A DNA stretch of 64,000 nucleotides, taken from NCBI GenBank assembly GCA_965204725.1, contig OZ242005.1:3360001-3424000 (forward strand), given 5' to 3'. Position numbers and translations under genes: made by a program. A model generated the notes under the pieces. The model did no database searches, was not told the DNA's origin, and was given only the letters and a program-made list of their open reading frames with translations. Positions 17,448 through 27,267 of the stretch are shown here, one piece after another. Each line of letters begins with the position of its first letter. The stretch's first letter is position 1. The stretch is from Candidatus Latescibacterota bacterium (GTDB lineage: Bacteria > Latescibacterota > UBA2968 > UBA8231).

Positions 17448-18624
17448 TGGCCAGACACTCCGGGCCGTTCCTGTCCTCGATATGCAACTGTTGCTGTAGT
17501 AGTTCGTCCACGGCCCTTACCGTACCATCTATCTGAAAGAGCGACTCGACTCGCGCCCGGCCGGCAGCACCGAGTGCCTCCATTCTCGTGGGGGTCCGCA
17601 ACATTTCGACGATGGCTGCGGCGCAGGCATCCTCATCGTTAGGGGGGACCAGAACGCCGGTAACATCCTGTTCAACGATCTCTGGTAGTGCTCCGTGGGC
17701 AAATGCCACCACTGGCTTGGCCATGGCCATGGCCTCTAGATTGACCAAGCCGAATGGCTCCGGGTCGCCGGGATGCACGAACAAATCCATGGCCATCAGC
17801 ACCTCTGCCACCTCATGCAACTGGCCCGTAAAGGTCACTTTGGCCGCAATTCCAAGTTCCTCTGCCCGACAGCGCAGTTTCATGGCGTATCCGTCATTGA
17901 CCCCGAAGGGATCTCCCCCGGCAACGACGAAGTAGGTATCGGGCGACTCGCGGAGGACCTTTGAGGCGATGCGGATAAATCGCTCTTGACCCTTCCACGG
18001 CCGCAGTCGCCCGAGCATACCGACAATTTGTGCTTCGGCCGGGAGGCCGAAACGCTGGCGGGCCGTGGCCGCCGACGAGGTGTTGTCCAGCGTCGTCAAG
18101 TCAATCCCATTGTGTATTACGCGGACGCGAGCAGAATTAGGCAACTGGTTTGCCGTTGCCGCGGAATTGGCAATCACTGCCGCGGCGCAGCGGCTGACCA
18201 ACTGCTTCAGTGGGCGGTCCATCCACGTGTCGGCTTCGGTAAAAGAGAAGTCGCGCGTATGCCATATAAACGGGCGGCCGCTCAACAGCCCGGCCGGCGC
18301 AGCATACAAGGCGCCTCTAGCCGTGTTGGCATAGATGATATCCGCCTCGATACCACGGGCAAGCGCGTATATAGTCCGCAACCAAGCTAAGAGGGGTAAG
18401 CGGCGCAGACTCGGCATTTCTACCAAGTGTAAAGGGATACCTCGAGCCTCGGCTTGACGCGATAGTTCGCCAGGACAACAGGCCAGATGCAGCGACCATC
18501 TGCTTCGGTCCAGACCATCAAGTAGCATTAAAAGGCTCTTCTCCGCCCCACCAATAGCCGTTGCATGATCTACGAACAGAATGGTCGGCAACATGATACC
18601 GCGTACTGGGTTTGAGTTTTGCAA
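17434..18624 (-). CDS. GT4 family glycosyltransferase
   Basis: GGAEKSL, VIHNGID, GRLRPWKGQ, EPFGLVNLEAMA; start may be the ATG near 18594. Confidence 0.93.
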   Translation of the reverse strand: MQNSNPVRGIMLPTILFVDHATAIGGAEKSLLMLLDGLDRSRWSLHLACCPGELSRQAEARGIPLHLVEMPSLRRLPLLAWLRTIYALARGIEADIIYANTARGALYAAPAGLLSGRPFIWHTRDFSFTEADTWMDRPLKQLVSRCAAAVIANSAATANQLPNSARVRVIHNGIDLTTLDNTSSAATARQRFGLPAEAQIVGMLGRLRPWKGQERFIRIASKVLRESPDTYFVVAGGDPFGVNDGYAMKLRCRAEELGIAAKVTFTGQLHEVAEVLMAMDLFVHPGDPEPFGLVNLEAMAMAKPVVAFAHGALPEIVEQDVTGVLVPPNDEDACAAAIVEMLRTPTRMEALGAAGRARVESLFQIDGTVRAVDELLQQQLHIEDRNGPECLANEAP

Positions 18625-18815
18625 TAGGACGGAACGCCCAAGGTAAACAGAGACAGGAGATGTACCAACTTATACCTTAAATTTTGGCCCGAAAAAGGAA
18701 TAACAACAAAGCGGAGCGAGCAATAGGATCGCAACTTGACCGCAGATCGAATGCGGCTATTTTGTCCGATCCCCGTGGCGCGGCCCTGCTGTTCTCGGAA
18801 AGGAAGGATTTGCCG

Positions 18816-20819
18816 ATGAAAACTCTCAGCCCATTGTTGTCCCTATCCTTAGCAGTTCTGCTCGCAGCCTGTGACGACCCTAGCCCGGTGAGCACCAACC
18901 AGCCACAAGCGAGTTGGCGCGTCACAACCGTTGATCACGGCCCCGTTGCCTCGGCGCAGGTGGTCCTCTTCGACTTAGCGAACCTGCGTCAGGGGCCGAG
19001 CCAGACCGTGCAGACAGATGCCAATGGCTACTTCGCGCTAGCCTATCGTCCGGGTCGATCCTATGGCTTATCCGTCTATGGCGACGGGCTGGCCACGCAT
19101 ATAATCCCCTCTTTTGAGCCTAGTGATGTGGGCGTCATAACGATGCACAAGGCGACACCGCCCCCAAGTGCGAAGGTGCTGACGGGCGCAGACATAGTAG
19201 GAGATGTCGATGGCAACGGCGTCGTTGACCAGCAAGATCTTATCTGGATTGCCCTGTATGCCCTCGACGCCCCGGCGGGCTCGCCCGACACCAGCGACAT
19301 CCTGCTCGGCGATATCGATGCAGACGGAGTGATCACGTTCCACGACGCGTATCTCGTGTGGCTGTATCTCAACGATCCAGCGCACTCGTTGCTGCCTCCG
19401 GGGATAGGCCAGCCGCCTTCGCTGCTGACGCCGTCTCCGACGACCATAGCGTTCGCGCCCAACGGGGCGTGGCATTCCTTCATCGTCCACGCTGACACGC
19501 CGGTAGTCATCGTCGCCAATCCCGCTGGTTCTGACCCCATCTTTGCGGTCGCCAACACGGCGGATCGGGATGATTGGTGCCCGGCCGAGGCTAGAGACGA
19601 AGAGGCCCGGCAGCCCGGTCAACGCATTCACTTAGCGGCCTGCGGTATGGGTACGGGCACGGTGGAGGTGCGCAACGCCGCGGACGGTTCGGTCGTGCAG
19701 ACTTATACTATAGAGGTTGCTCCGCCCGCGGAGCCGCCGCGCCTTTCTATATTGCCTCCTACACTCGACTTTGGCCGCACTAAGACTAGCCAGCGGCTGT
19801 CGCTGAAAAACATTGGCGGCGGCCTGCTCAACTTCACCATTGAATCTGTCCCCGACTGGATAACCCTGAGCCAGACCCAAGGCATCTTAGCCGACGAGTC
19901 CCTGAGTATAGAAGTGCAGATTGATCGAGAGTCTGCCCCCTTTTTGGCCAACCCTGTCTTGGTGGTCACCACCAGCGACGACCGCCGTGAAGTGCCCCTA
20001 CAGGTCAATATCTCAGCTATCATCACCCAACTCACGGACCATCCCGCCGAAGACGTGGTCGCTTCTTGGTCGCCGGATGGACGCCACATTGCCTTTACTT
20101 CGGCACGCGACGGCAACAAGCAGGTGTATGTAATGGATGGCATCGGGCGCAACATTACCCGCCTTACCTACCACGACGCCGAAAGCTATGAACCGGCTTC
20201 ATGGTCGCTGGATGGACGCCGCATCGCCTTCTCGTCTTGGCGCGACGGCAACAGCGAGGTGTATGTGATGGACGCCGACGGGCATAATCCCACCCGCCTC
20301 ACCTATCACGGTGCCGAAGACACGGACCCAACTTGGTCGCCAGACGGACGCCGCATGGCCTTCACCTCCTTCCGCGAAGGCAATAGTGATGTGTATGTAA
20401 TGGACGCCGACGGGCACAACATCACCCGGCTCACCTATCACGACGCCGGCGATTGGGACCCAACTTGGTCGCCAGACGGACGCCGCATGGCCTTCACGTC
20501 CTCCCGCGAAGGCAATTATGAGTTGTATGTGATGGACACCGACGGACATAATCTCACCCGCCTCACCTACCACGCCGCGGACGACCGACATCCTTCTTGG
20601 TCGCCGGATAGCCGCCGCATCGCTTTCTCGTCTAAACGCGACAACAACTGGGAATTGTATGTGATAGATGCCGATGGGCACAACCTCGTCCGCCTCACCG
20701 ACCACCCCCGCCAAGACTGGTCGCCGGATTGGTCGCCGGATGGGAAATACCTCGCGTTCTCGTCGTTCCGCGAGGGCAATTGGAATGTCTATCTGCTAAC
20801 GCTTCCGCGTCGAATGTAA
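18816..20819 (+). CDS. Lipoprotein with dockerin-like duplicated EF-hand, Ig/BACON-like domain and TolB/PD40 propeller
   Basis: Lipobox LLAA|C; GDVDGNGVVDQQD / GDIDADGVITFHD; six WSPDG-type repeats; start reset to ATG 18816. Confidence 0.85.
   Translation: MKTLSPLLSLSLAVLLAACDDPSPVSTNQPQASWRVTTVDHGPVASAQVVLFDLANLRQGPSQTVQTDANGYFALAYRPGRSYGLSVYGDGLATHIIPSFEPSDVGVITMHKATPPPSAKVLTGADIVGDVDGNGVVDQQDLIWIALYALDAPAGSPDTSDILLGDIDADGVITFHDAYLVWLYLNDPAHSLLPPGIGQPPSLLTPSPTTIAFAPNGAWHSFIVHADTPVVIVANPAGSDPIFAVANTADRDDWCPAEARDEEARQPGQRIHLAACGMGTGTVEVRNAADGSVVQTYTIEVAPPAEPPRLSILPPTLDFGRTKTSQRLSLKNIGGGLLNFTIESVPDWITLSQTQGILADESLSIEVQIDRESAPFLANPVLVVTTSDDRREVPLQVNISAIITQLTDHPAEDVVASWSPDGRHIAFTSARDGNKQVYVMDGIGRNITRLTYHDAESYEPASWSLDGRRIAFSSWRDGNSEVYVMDADGHNPTRLTYHGAEDTDPTWSPDGRRMAFTSFREGNSDVYVMDADGHNITRLTYHDAGDWDPTWSPDGRRMAFTSSREGNYELYVMDTDGHNLTRLTYHAADDRHPSWSPDSRRIAFSSKRDNNWELYVIDADGHNLVRLTDHPRQDWSPDWSPDGKYLAFSSFREGNWNVYLLTLPRRM
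20020..20800 (+). repeat. Six ~132-bp coding repeats (PD40 blades)
   Basis: Near-identical units such as GACCCAACTTGGTCGCCAGACGGACGCCGCATGGCCTTCAC recur at 132-bp spacing. Confidence 0.85.
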
Positions 20820-20998
20820 GGGCCAAATTTGCTCATTTGCGCGGCCCCAACTCGCCGTTGGGTGCGGTGTTTGACCCGCTCTATGGGGTCGTCTATTATT
20901 TCGCCATCATGCAGAACCTCTATTGGCTGGCTATCGTCTCAATAGTGGTCCGGCAAAAAAGCAACTTGACGTGCAACGAGAAACAAGGAGGCCCCTAA

Positions 20999-21949
20999 GT
21001 GGACGCCATTGCAGCCATCGGCGGCAGCCGGCCCCTCAAAGCCGAGGAGTTCGCCCGCCGCGCTTACAATTATGCCCGCAATCCCGCTCGCAACTCGCTC
21101 AAGGAAATCCTCGATCAGTGCGCGTCGGTAGCCGTAACCCCACCCCTGCTGGGCGGCTTCAACGACGTGCCGTGGCACAAGCTGCGCGACGCCGAGGTCC
21201 ACGCCTGGGCCAAGGCCGGCTGGTCGTGGATGGTCAACGACGCCGAGCACAGCCAGTGGGAAGGCTGGTACGGCCGCGAGCAAAACGCCGTCCTGTCGCG
21301 CCACGGCATCTTGCCGGTGCAGCGCCTAGCGCGCGAAGCCCGCTCCGAACACGGCGACGCCTTTCAGCTCGGGGCCCGGGCGACGATGCGCCCCTATGGC
21401 ACCACCTACGAGGAAGCCGAGCGCTATTTCCGCGCCATCAACTTCCCCGTCCCCGGCCAAGCCACCCCGGACGACCGCGGCGGGTATCCGGTGCGCGACG
21501 GCGAGCGGACCATGATGTTCACGCCCGACCAATTGCGCGGCACCGAGACCGAAACCCAAGGCTGGATTCAGTTCGAGACCAAGGAATACATCATGGACTT
21601 GGCGATCCGCGACCGCGTCCTCGACCTGATGGCGGCCCAAGGGCAGAACAAGGCATGTGGCTTTGTCGGCCCGTTTGACGCCATCCTGCGCGAGGGCGAC
21701 CTCCCCGCAGTCAACGACGCGGTCAACGCCCTGTTCCGCGCCGCGGCCGAGCGCGGCATCCACACTGGCCGCGTCGTCGGGCACGGTGCCATGGAAGACC
21801 CCCAAGACATTGAAGACGGCATGGTCGAGGCCATCGACAACGGCGCCCGCCTGATCTGCGTCCATCCCCTCACCAGCGACATGGTCTTTCGCGGGGCCTA
21901 CGCCATGGCCGAGCCTTTCTTCCGCGCCTGCAAGCGCTGCGGCTTTTGA
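20999..21949 (+). CDS. HpcH/HpaI class II aldolase-like protein
   Basis: VNDAEHS, IQFETKE, FVGPFD; RBS AAGGAGG with GTG start. Confidence 0.7.
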   Translation: MDAIAAIGGSRPLKAEEFARRAYNYARNPARNSLKEILDQCASVAVTPPLLGGFNDVPWHKLRDAEVHAWAKAGWSWMVNDAEHSQWEGWYGREQNAVLSRHGILPVQRLAREARSEHGDAFQLGARATMRPYGTTYEEAERYFRAINFPVPGQATPDDRGGYPVRDGERTMMFTPDQLRGTETETQGWIQFETKEYIMDLAIRDRVLDLMAAQGQNKACGFVGPFDAILREGDLPAVNDAVNALFRAAAERGIHTGRVVGHGAMEDPQDIEDGMVEAIDNGARLICVHPLTSDMVFRGAYAMAEPFFRACKRCGF

Positions 21950-21981
21950 ACACCCCTCCCCCTCACATCTTAGGAGTTCTC

Positions 21982-22695
21982 ATGCACCTGCTTTGCGTAC
22001 TGATCGGCATGGTCGCACTCGTGGGCACTGCCGTCCACACCCAACCCCTCAGCTACGACCCTTACTACGTCCTGCCGGGCGGCAAAGGCTACGCGAGCGT
22101 CGATATGGGAGTGCATACGAAGGCTTCTCCGTCCGCGCTCAAAGAGCTCAAGGACGCGAGCGCCATCTTCGCCATGGCCAAATTCAATCCCCACACTCGC
22201 TTTGAAGCGGGCGCCCATCTCACCTTTGGCTTTTTTAAGGACGGGCGTTCCAACTTTTCGTCGCTCGTGGTTGGCGGCAAGTACCAGCTCGGCTCCAACC
22301 GCGCCGCGACCGCTAGCATCGCGCTGCCGGCTGGCGACATTTCCGACCCGGGGCTGGCCGTTGGCCTCATGCAGACCGTGCCTCTGGGCCAGACCTTCCG
22401 CCTCAACACTCGGTTGCAGGTCGCGGCGCTCAAAGGCTACGCCGACGAAGGGCTCGTCGGCGAGCTTTTGCTCGAACCAGCCCAAGTATTCAGCGAAAGA
22501 CTAAGCGCGTACCTCGACTTATTCTTTACGTCCAACACCTCCGACTGGGAGGAAAAGCTCAGCATCCGCTTAGAGCCGAACCTCGACATCGGCCTCGGCG
22601 ATGGCATGGTTCTGAACGTAGGGGTCAGCGTAGATTTGCAGGGCGAAGAACGAGAGGACAGCGGGTTGTTTATAGTGCTCTTGCGCGACATGTAG
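21982..22695 (+). CDS. Secreted hypothetical protein, probable outer-membrane beta-barrel
   Basis: RBS AGGAG before ATG 21982, signal peptide, alternating hydrophobic strands. Confidence 0.6.
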   Translation: MHLLCVLIGMVALVGTAVHTQPLSYDPYYVLPGGKGYASVDMGVHTKASPSALKELKDASAIFAMAKFNPHTRFEAGAHLTFGFFKDGRSNFSSLVVGGKYQLGSNRAATASIALPAGDISDPGLAVGLMQTVPLGQTFRLNTRLQVAALKGYADEGLVGELLLEPAQVFSERLSAYLDLFFTSNTSDWEEKLSIRLEPNLDIGLGDGMVLNVGVSVDLQGEEREDSGLFIVLLRDM

Positions 22696-22698
22696 GGG

Positions 22699-24468
22699 TT
22701 ACGGGCCGCCTTCTAACCAATCGCGGTCTGCGGCCAAGAAAATCTCCTCGACCTCCAAGTCGGCAAAGGCCGCCGCCCAGTGCGGCCAATCCGCCCGCCC
22801 CTCCTGCTCCTGCACCCGCAGCCGCACCACAAAGGCAAAGCGATTGAGCGCGAACGTCAGCGTGGTGACCTCGCCCCCCTTCAGATCGACCTCCAACTGT
22901 TGGGTCTGGTCGCCATAGCTCAACTCGACCCAGTGCGCCCCGGCGGGCAGATTGTGGAACAGCAATCCCTGATAGCCGCGCTTGAGCAATTCGAGCGAGT
23001 AGCGACCGTCCAAGCGCACCGTGAGATCCTCTGTGATCTCGCTGCCGATAGGGGCCAACACCAAGGCCAGCCAAGCGTCTAGATCGTCGAATGACAATGC
23101 TGCGTCGTCGATAGCTAGCCCCGGCTCTTGCGGGGCCACCACGGGCCTTTGACCCGGCATCCAAGCCGGCGGCGGCAACTGGGGCGTCATGCCGTTTTTG
23201 CGCGTCAGCGCATACACCAAGATGTTGGTCCCCGCCATCAGCGCGTAGGTCGTCGGCCGCTCGTTTTCTTCTTCAGTATAGAAGCTAGCCAGCCAATTTC
23301 CCTCTAACCCCAAATCGCTCAGTACGGCCACCAACTCGCCGTCCATCTCGACTCCCCACAGCCCCTCGGGCGGCGGCAACCCCTCGCCCACAGCACTGGC
23401 CCCGGAGAACGTGGCTGCTTGTGCTTCCTGCAAGGCCAAAAGGTCGCCGCGATTGCTGACGGGATAATACCAAGAGCGGTTGTCCCCCACGTTCTCGCTC
23501 TGCGACTTGTCCTCCCCGGGAAAACCGCCGCTGAACTCGTAAAAGGAGTGATATATCGGATGCGATGGCGGAATGGGGCTCAAGTGCGCCTCAGCCCCCA
23601 AGATCTCGCGCAGGAGGTCGATCATTGCGCGCAAATAGCGGTTGGAGCCTTCGATAAACAGGAACCCGCCCCCGCGCAGATAGCGGCCCAAAAGAGCCTT
23701 CTCCTCCGGGCTGAACATGGTCAGGACATTCTCGTCGTAGGCAGACAAGGTGTCTTGGAAGAGGAAATGGACGGGGTCCTTGAGCAGTTGCTCCGACAGG
23801 AAGTACTCGTAGGTCTGGTCCCGCACCCGCGCCAGCAAATGGGTGTGGTCGCGCAAGTAGCGGCTCAGGGCATTGAGCGCACCGCGTCCCGAGCCAGCCC
23901 CATAGACGCGCAACTGGGTGAAGTTCACGTAGCCGGCCAAGTCGCGCTGGGTCGCCCGACTGCGGATGACGGCGGCGTGGTCCTTGTTGGCCCGGGCCAT
24001 GTCCTCCAGCCGCAAGAGGTCCATCGAGGCGATGCCCATGCTATCGGCCAAGCCCAAAGACGAGGGCGCGATCATCTTTTCGCGCTCCAAGACCGGCGCG
24101 TCTTCCTTCTCGCCAACGCCTATCTCGCGCAATGCCAAGGGGGCCGTTGGGGTCTCTATCTCGGGCGGGGTCGCCTCGGTCTCTAGATTGGGGTCGCGGA
24201 CGTCCACGGCCGGCTGGTCGGCCTGCAGGTACTCCATCTCCACGTTCAACGCCTCTAGGTCTAAGCGGGGCATGGGACTCGGGCGGCGGGGCTTGAACTG
24301 CGGCGGGATGCGGGCGAGACGCACGCGAAAAGTCTCCGCGTCCAGCTCGTCGCGCCACAGGTGTTCCCCTAAGTACAGCGCGGTGAGATGCAAAAGCAGC
24401 GACGCCAGCAAACAGACATAGGCCGTTTTGTGTCTATGCACGGGAGTCTCTCTTTCTGCGCTGCTCAT
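22699..24468 (-). CDS. DUF4159 domain-containing membrane-anchored protein
   Basis: N-terminal TM SLLLH; YLRGGGFLFIE, SHPIYHSFYEF, GTNILVYALT. Confidence 0.8.
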   Translation of the reverse strand: MSSAERETPVHRHKTAYVCLLASLLLHLTALYLGEHLWRDELDAETFRVRLARIPPQFKPRRPSPMPRLDLEALNVEMEYLQADQPAVDVRDPNLETEATPPEIETPTAPLALREIGVGEKEDAPVLEREKMIAPSSLGLADSMGIASMDLLRLEDMARANKDHAAVIRSRATQRDLAGYVNFTQLRVYGAGSGRGALNALSRYLRDHTHLLARVRDQTYEYFLSEQLLKDPVHFLFQDTLSAYDENVLTMFSPEEKALLGRYLRGGGFLFIEGSNRYLRAMIDLLREILGAEAHLSPIPPSHPIYHSFYEFSGGFPGEDKSQSENVGDNRSWYYPVSNRGDLLALQEAQAATFSGASAVGEGLPPPEGLWGVEMDGELVAVLSDLGLEGNWLASFYTEEENERPTTYALMAGTNILVYALTRKNGMTPQLPPPAWMPGQRPVVAPQEPGLAIDDAALSFDDLDAWLALVLAPIGSEITEDLTVRLDGRYSLELLKRGYQGLLFHNLPAGAHWVELSYGDQTQQLEVDLKGGEVTTLTFALNRFAFVVRLRVQEQEGRADWPHWAAAFADLEVEEIFLAADRDWLEGGP

Positions 24469-24520
24469 CAGCGCGAATAACAGTACCTACCTATACAACT
24501 GATTATAACAAAACGGTTTT

Positions 24521-24549
24521 TTGCCAAGAAAACACGTGCTTATTATCTT
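24521..24549 (+). promoter_or_regulatory. Putative sigma70 promoter of the aceEF-lpdA operon
   Basis: TTGCCA-17 nt-TATCTT. Confidence 0.5.
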
Positions 24550-24592
24550 TGCCGACCTATAAAACGGCCTATCCAAAGGAACTGTTCCAGCC

Positions 24593-27253
24593 ATGAGCAA
24601 TGCCCAAGAACTACAAGCCGAAGTCAGCGAGTGGCTCGAATCTCTCGACTACGTGCTAGCGCATAGGACGCCCGCGCAGGTCCTCCGTCTCCTGCAACAG
24701 CTCCAAACCCACGCCGCAGAAGCCGGCGTCGGCACCCCCTTTAGCGTCAATACTCCCTATATCAATACCATTGCCCGCGACCACCAGCCTCCCTATCCGG
24801 GCAGCCGCGAGATCGAGCGGCGCATCAAAAGCATGGTGCGTTGGAACGCCATGGCCATGGTCGTGCGCGCCAATAGCGACAACGCCAACCTCGGCGGCCA
24901 CATCTCGACCTACGCCTCTTCGGCCACGCTCTACGAGGTCGGCTACAATCACTTTTTCCGCGCCCCCAGCAACGGCCACCCCGGCGACCAGATATACTTC
25001 CAAGGCCACGCGGCCCCCGGCATATACGCCCGGGCCTTTCTCGAAGGGCGTCTGAGCGAGCACCAGTTGGAAAACTTCCGCCGCGAGTTGCAACCAGGCG
25101 GTGGCCTCGCCTCCTATCCCCACCCTTGGCTAATGCCAGACTTTTGGCAGTTCCCAACCGTGTCTATGGGCTTGGGGCCCATCCTTTCGATCTATCAGGC
25201 TCGCTTTAACCGCTACCTTGAAAACCGCGGCCTCAAGCCTCCTGACGACAGCAAGGTGTGGGCCTTTTTGGGCGACGGCGAGTGCGACGAGCCCGAGAGC
25301 TTGGGCGCGCTCACCCTCGCGGCGCGCGAACAGCTCAACAACCTAATATGGGTCGTCAATTGCAACCTCCAGCGTCTCGACGGCCCCGTGCGCGGCAACG
25401 GAAAGATAATACAGGAACTCGAAGCGGTTTTCCGCGGCGCCGGCTGGAACGTCGTCAAGGTGATCTGGGGCGACGACTGGGATCCGCTCTTGGAGCAAGA
25501 CGCCGACGGCCGCTTGGCCCAGCGCATGAACGAGGTCGTCGATGGCCAGTACCAGAAATACTCGGTCTCCGACGGCAGCTACATCCGCCACGATTTCTTT
25601 GGCACCGACCCGCAACTAGCCGCCATGGTCGAGCACTACTCAGACGAACAACTCCAGAAAATGCGGCGCGGCGGCCACGATCCAGAAAAGGTCTATGCGG
25701 CCTACCAGCAGGCCATCGCCCACCAGAGTGCGCCCACCGTTATCCTCGCCAAGACCATCAAGGGCTATGGCATGGGCGAGGCCGGTGAGGGCAAGAACAT
25801 TACCCATCAGCAAAAAAAGCTCAACGAAGACGAGATCCGCCTCTTTCGCACCCGCTTCGGCATCCCCATTTCGGACGACGAGGTCGCGGCCACGCCCTTC
25901 TACCGGCCCCCGGACGACAGCCCGGAAATGCAGTACATCCGCCAGCGGCGGGAGAGCCTCGGCGGCTCTGTGCCCCAGCGGCAGGTGATGGCCCCGCCGC
26001 TGGCCATGCCCGCGGAAACGCTGTGGGACGAATTCAAAAAGAGCTCGGGCAAGCGCGAGTTTGCCACGACGATGGCCTTTGTCGCGGTCATGCGTAAACT
26101 CATGCAAGACAAGCAAATCGGCAAGTTAGTCGTCCCGATTGTCCCCGACGAATCGCGCACCTTCGGCATGGAGCCGCTCTTCCGCCAGTTCGGGATCTAT
26201 TCGAGCCTAGGCCAGCTATACGAGCCGGTTGACAAAGACGTCATCACCTACTACAAAGAGGCCACAGACGGCCAGATTCTCGAAGAGGGCATCACAGAGG
26301 CCGGGTCTATGTCCTCCTTTATCGCGGCCGGCTCGGCTTACTCCACCCACGGCATCAACACCATTCCCTTTTTCATCTACTACTCGATGTTTGGGATGCA
26401 GCGGATCGGCGATTTGGTCTGGCTAGCCGGCGACATGCGGGTCAAGGGCTTTATGGTCGGCGGCACGGCCGGGCGCACCACGCTCAACGGCGAAGGACTG
26501 CAACACGAGGACGGGCACAGCCACCTCTTGGCCTATCCAGTGCCCAATCTCGAAGCCTACGATCCAGCTTTCGGCTACGAGATCGCCGTCATCATCCGCG
26601 AGGGCATCCGCCGCATGTACGTCGAGCAGGAGGACGTGTTCTACTACCTGACGGTTGAAAACGACATCTACTCCATGCCAGAGATGCCCGATGGCGTCGA
26701 AGAAGGCATTCTCAAGGGCCTGTACAAGTTCAAACCCGCTGCCCAAACGAACGCCCCCCTCAAGGCCCACCTCTTCGGCAGCGGCGCGATCATCAACAGC
26801 GCGCTCAAAGCGCAGCGCATCCTCGAGGAAAAGTACCAAGTCAGCGCGGATGTTTGGAGCATCACCAGCTACAAGGCCCTGCACCGCGACGCCCTCGATG
26901 CCGAGCGTTGGAACCGCCTACACCCCGGGGAAAAGCCCCGTCTCAGCTACCTAGAACAATGCCTAGCCCAAGAGCGCGGCGTGTATGTCATGGCCTCGGA
27001 TTACGTCAAGGCCCTCCCGGAATCCATCGCCCGCTGGTTTCCCAACCCGCCCGTCTCCCTCGGCACCGATGGCTTTGGCCGCAGCGAGAGCCGCGAGGCC
27101 CTGCGCGACCACTTTGAGGTCGATTACCGCTTCATCGCCTTGGGCGCCTTGAGCGCACTGGCCCGCGAAGGGCAGATCGAAAACGACGCGGTAGTTCAAG
27201 CCATGAAAGACCTAGCGATCAGTCCGGCAAAACCCAATCCCATTTACCTGTGA
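24593..27253 (+). CDS. aceE: Pyruvate dehydrogenase E1, homodimeric type
   Basis: GGHISTYAS, FPTVSMGLGP, GDGECDE TPP motif, GEGLQHEDGHS, LGTDGFGRS. Confidence 0.98.
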   Translation: MSNAQELQAEVSEWLESLDYVLAHRTPAQVLRLLQQLQTHAAEAGVGTPFSVNTPYINTIARDHQPPYPGSREIERRIKSMVRWNAMAMVVRANSDNANLGGHISTYASSATLYEVGYNHFFRAPSNGHPGDQIYFQGHAAPGIYARAFLEGRLSEHQLENFRRELQPGGGLASYPHPWLMPDFWQFPTVSMGLGPILSIYQARFNRYLENRGLKPPDDSKVWAFLGDGECDEPESLGALTLAAREQLNNLIWVVNCNLQRLDGPVRGNGKIIQELEAVFRGAGWNVVKVIWGDDWDPLLEQDADGRLAQRMNEVVDGQYQKYSVSDGSYIRHDFFGTDPQLAAMVEHYSDEQLQKMRRGGHDPEKVYAAYQQAIAHQSAPTVILAKTIKGYGMGEAGEGKNITHQQKKLNEDEIRLFRTRFGIPISDDEVAATPFYRPPDDSPEMQYIRQRRESLGGSVPQRQVMAPPLAMPAETLWDEFKKSSGKREFATTMAFVAVMRKLMQDKQIGKLVVPIVPDESRTFGMEPLFRQFGIYSSLGQLYEPVDKDVITYYKEATDGQILEEGITEAGSMSSFIAAGSAYSTHGINTIPFFIYYSMFGMQRIGDLVWLAGDMRVKGFMVGGTAGRTTLNGEGLQHEDGHSHLLAYPVPNLEAYDPAFGYEIAVIIREGIRRMYVEQEDVFYYLTVENDIYSMPEMPDGVEEGILKGLYKFKPAAQTNAPLKAHLFGSGAIINSALKAQRILEEKYQVSADVWSITSYKALHRDALDAERWNRLHPGEKPRLSYLEQCLAQERGVYVMASDYVKALPESIARWFPNPPVSLGTDGFGRSESREALRDHFEVDYRFIALGALSALAREGQIENDAVVQAMKDLAISPAKPNPIYL

Positions 27254-27267
27254 GTTCAGACCCCTCT

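Noticed and set aside
20020-20800. Regular repeats considered as a CRISPR array or DGR template (also 43756-44244)
   Set aside because: They are in-frame protein repeats with no unique spacers, no cas or reverse transcriptase gene, and no evident adenine-specific variation.
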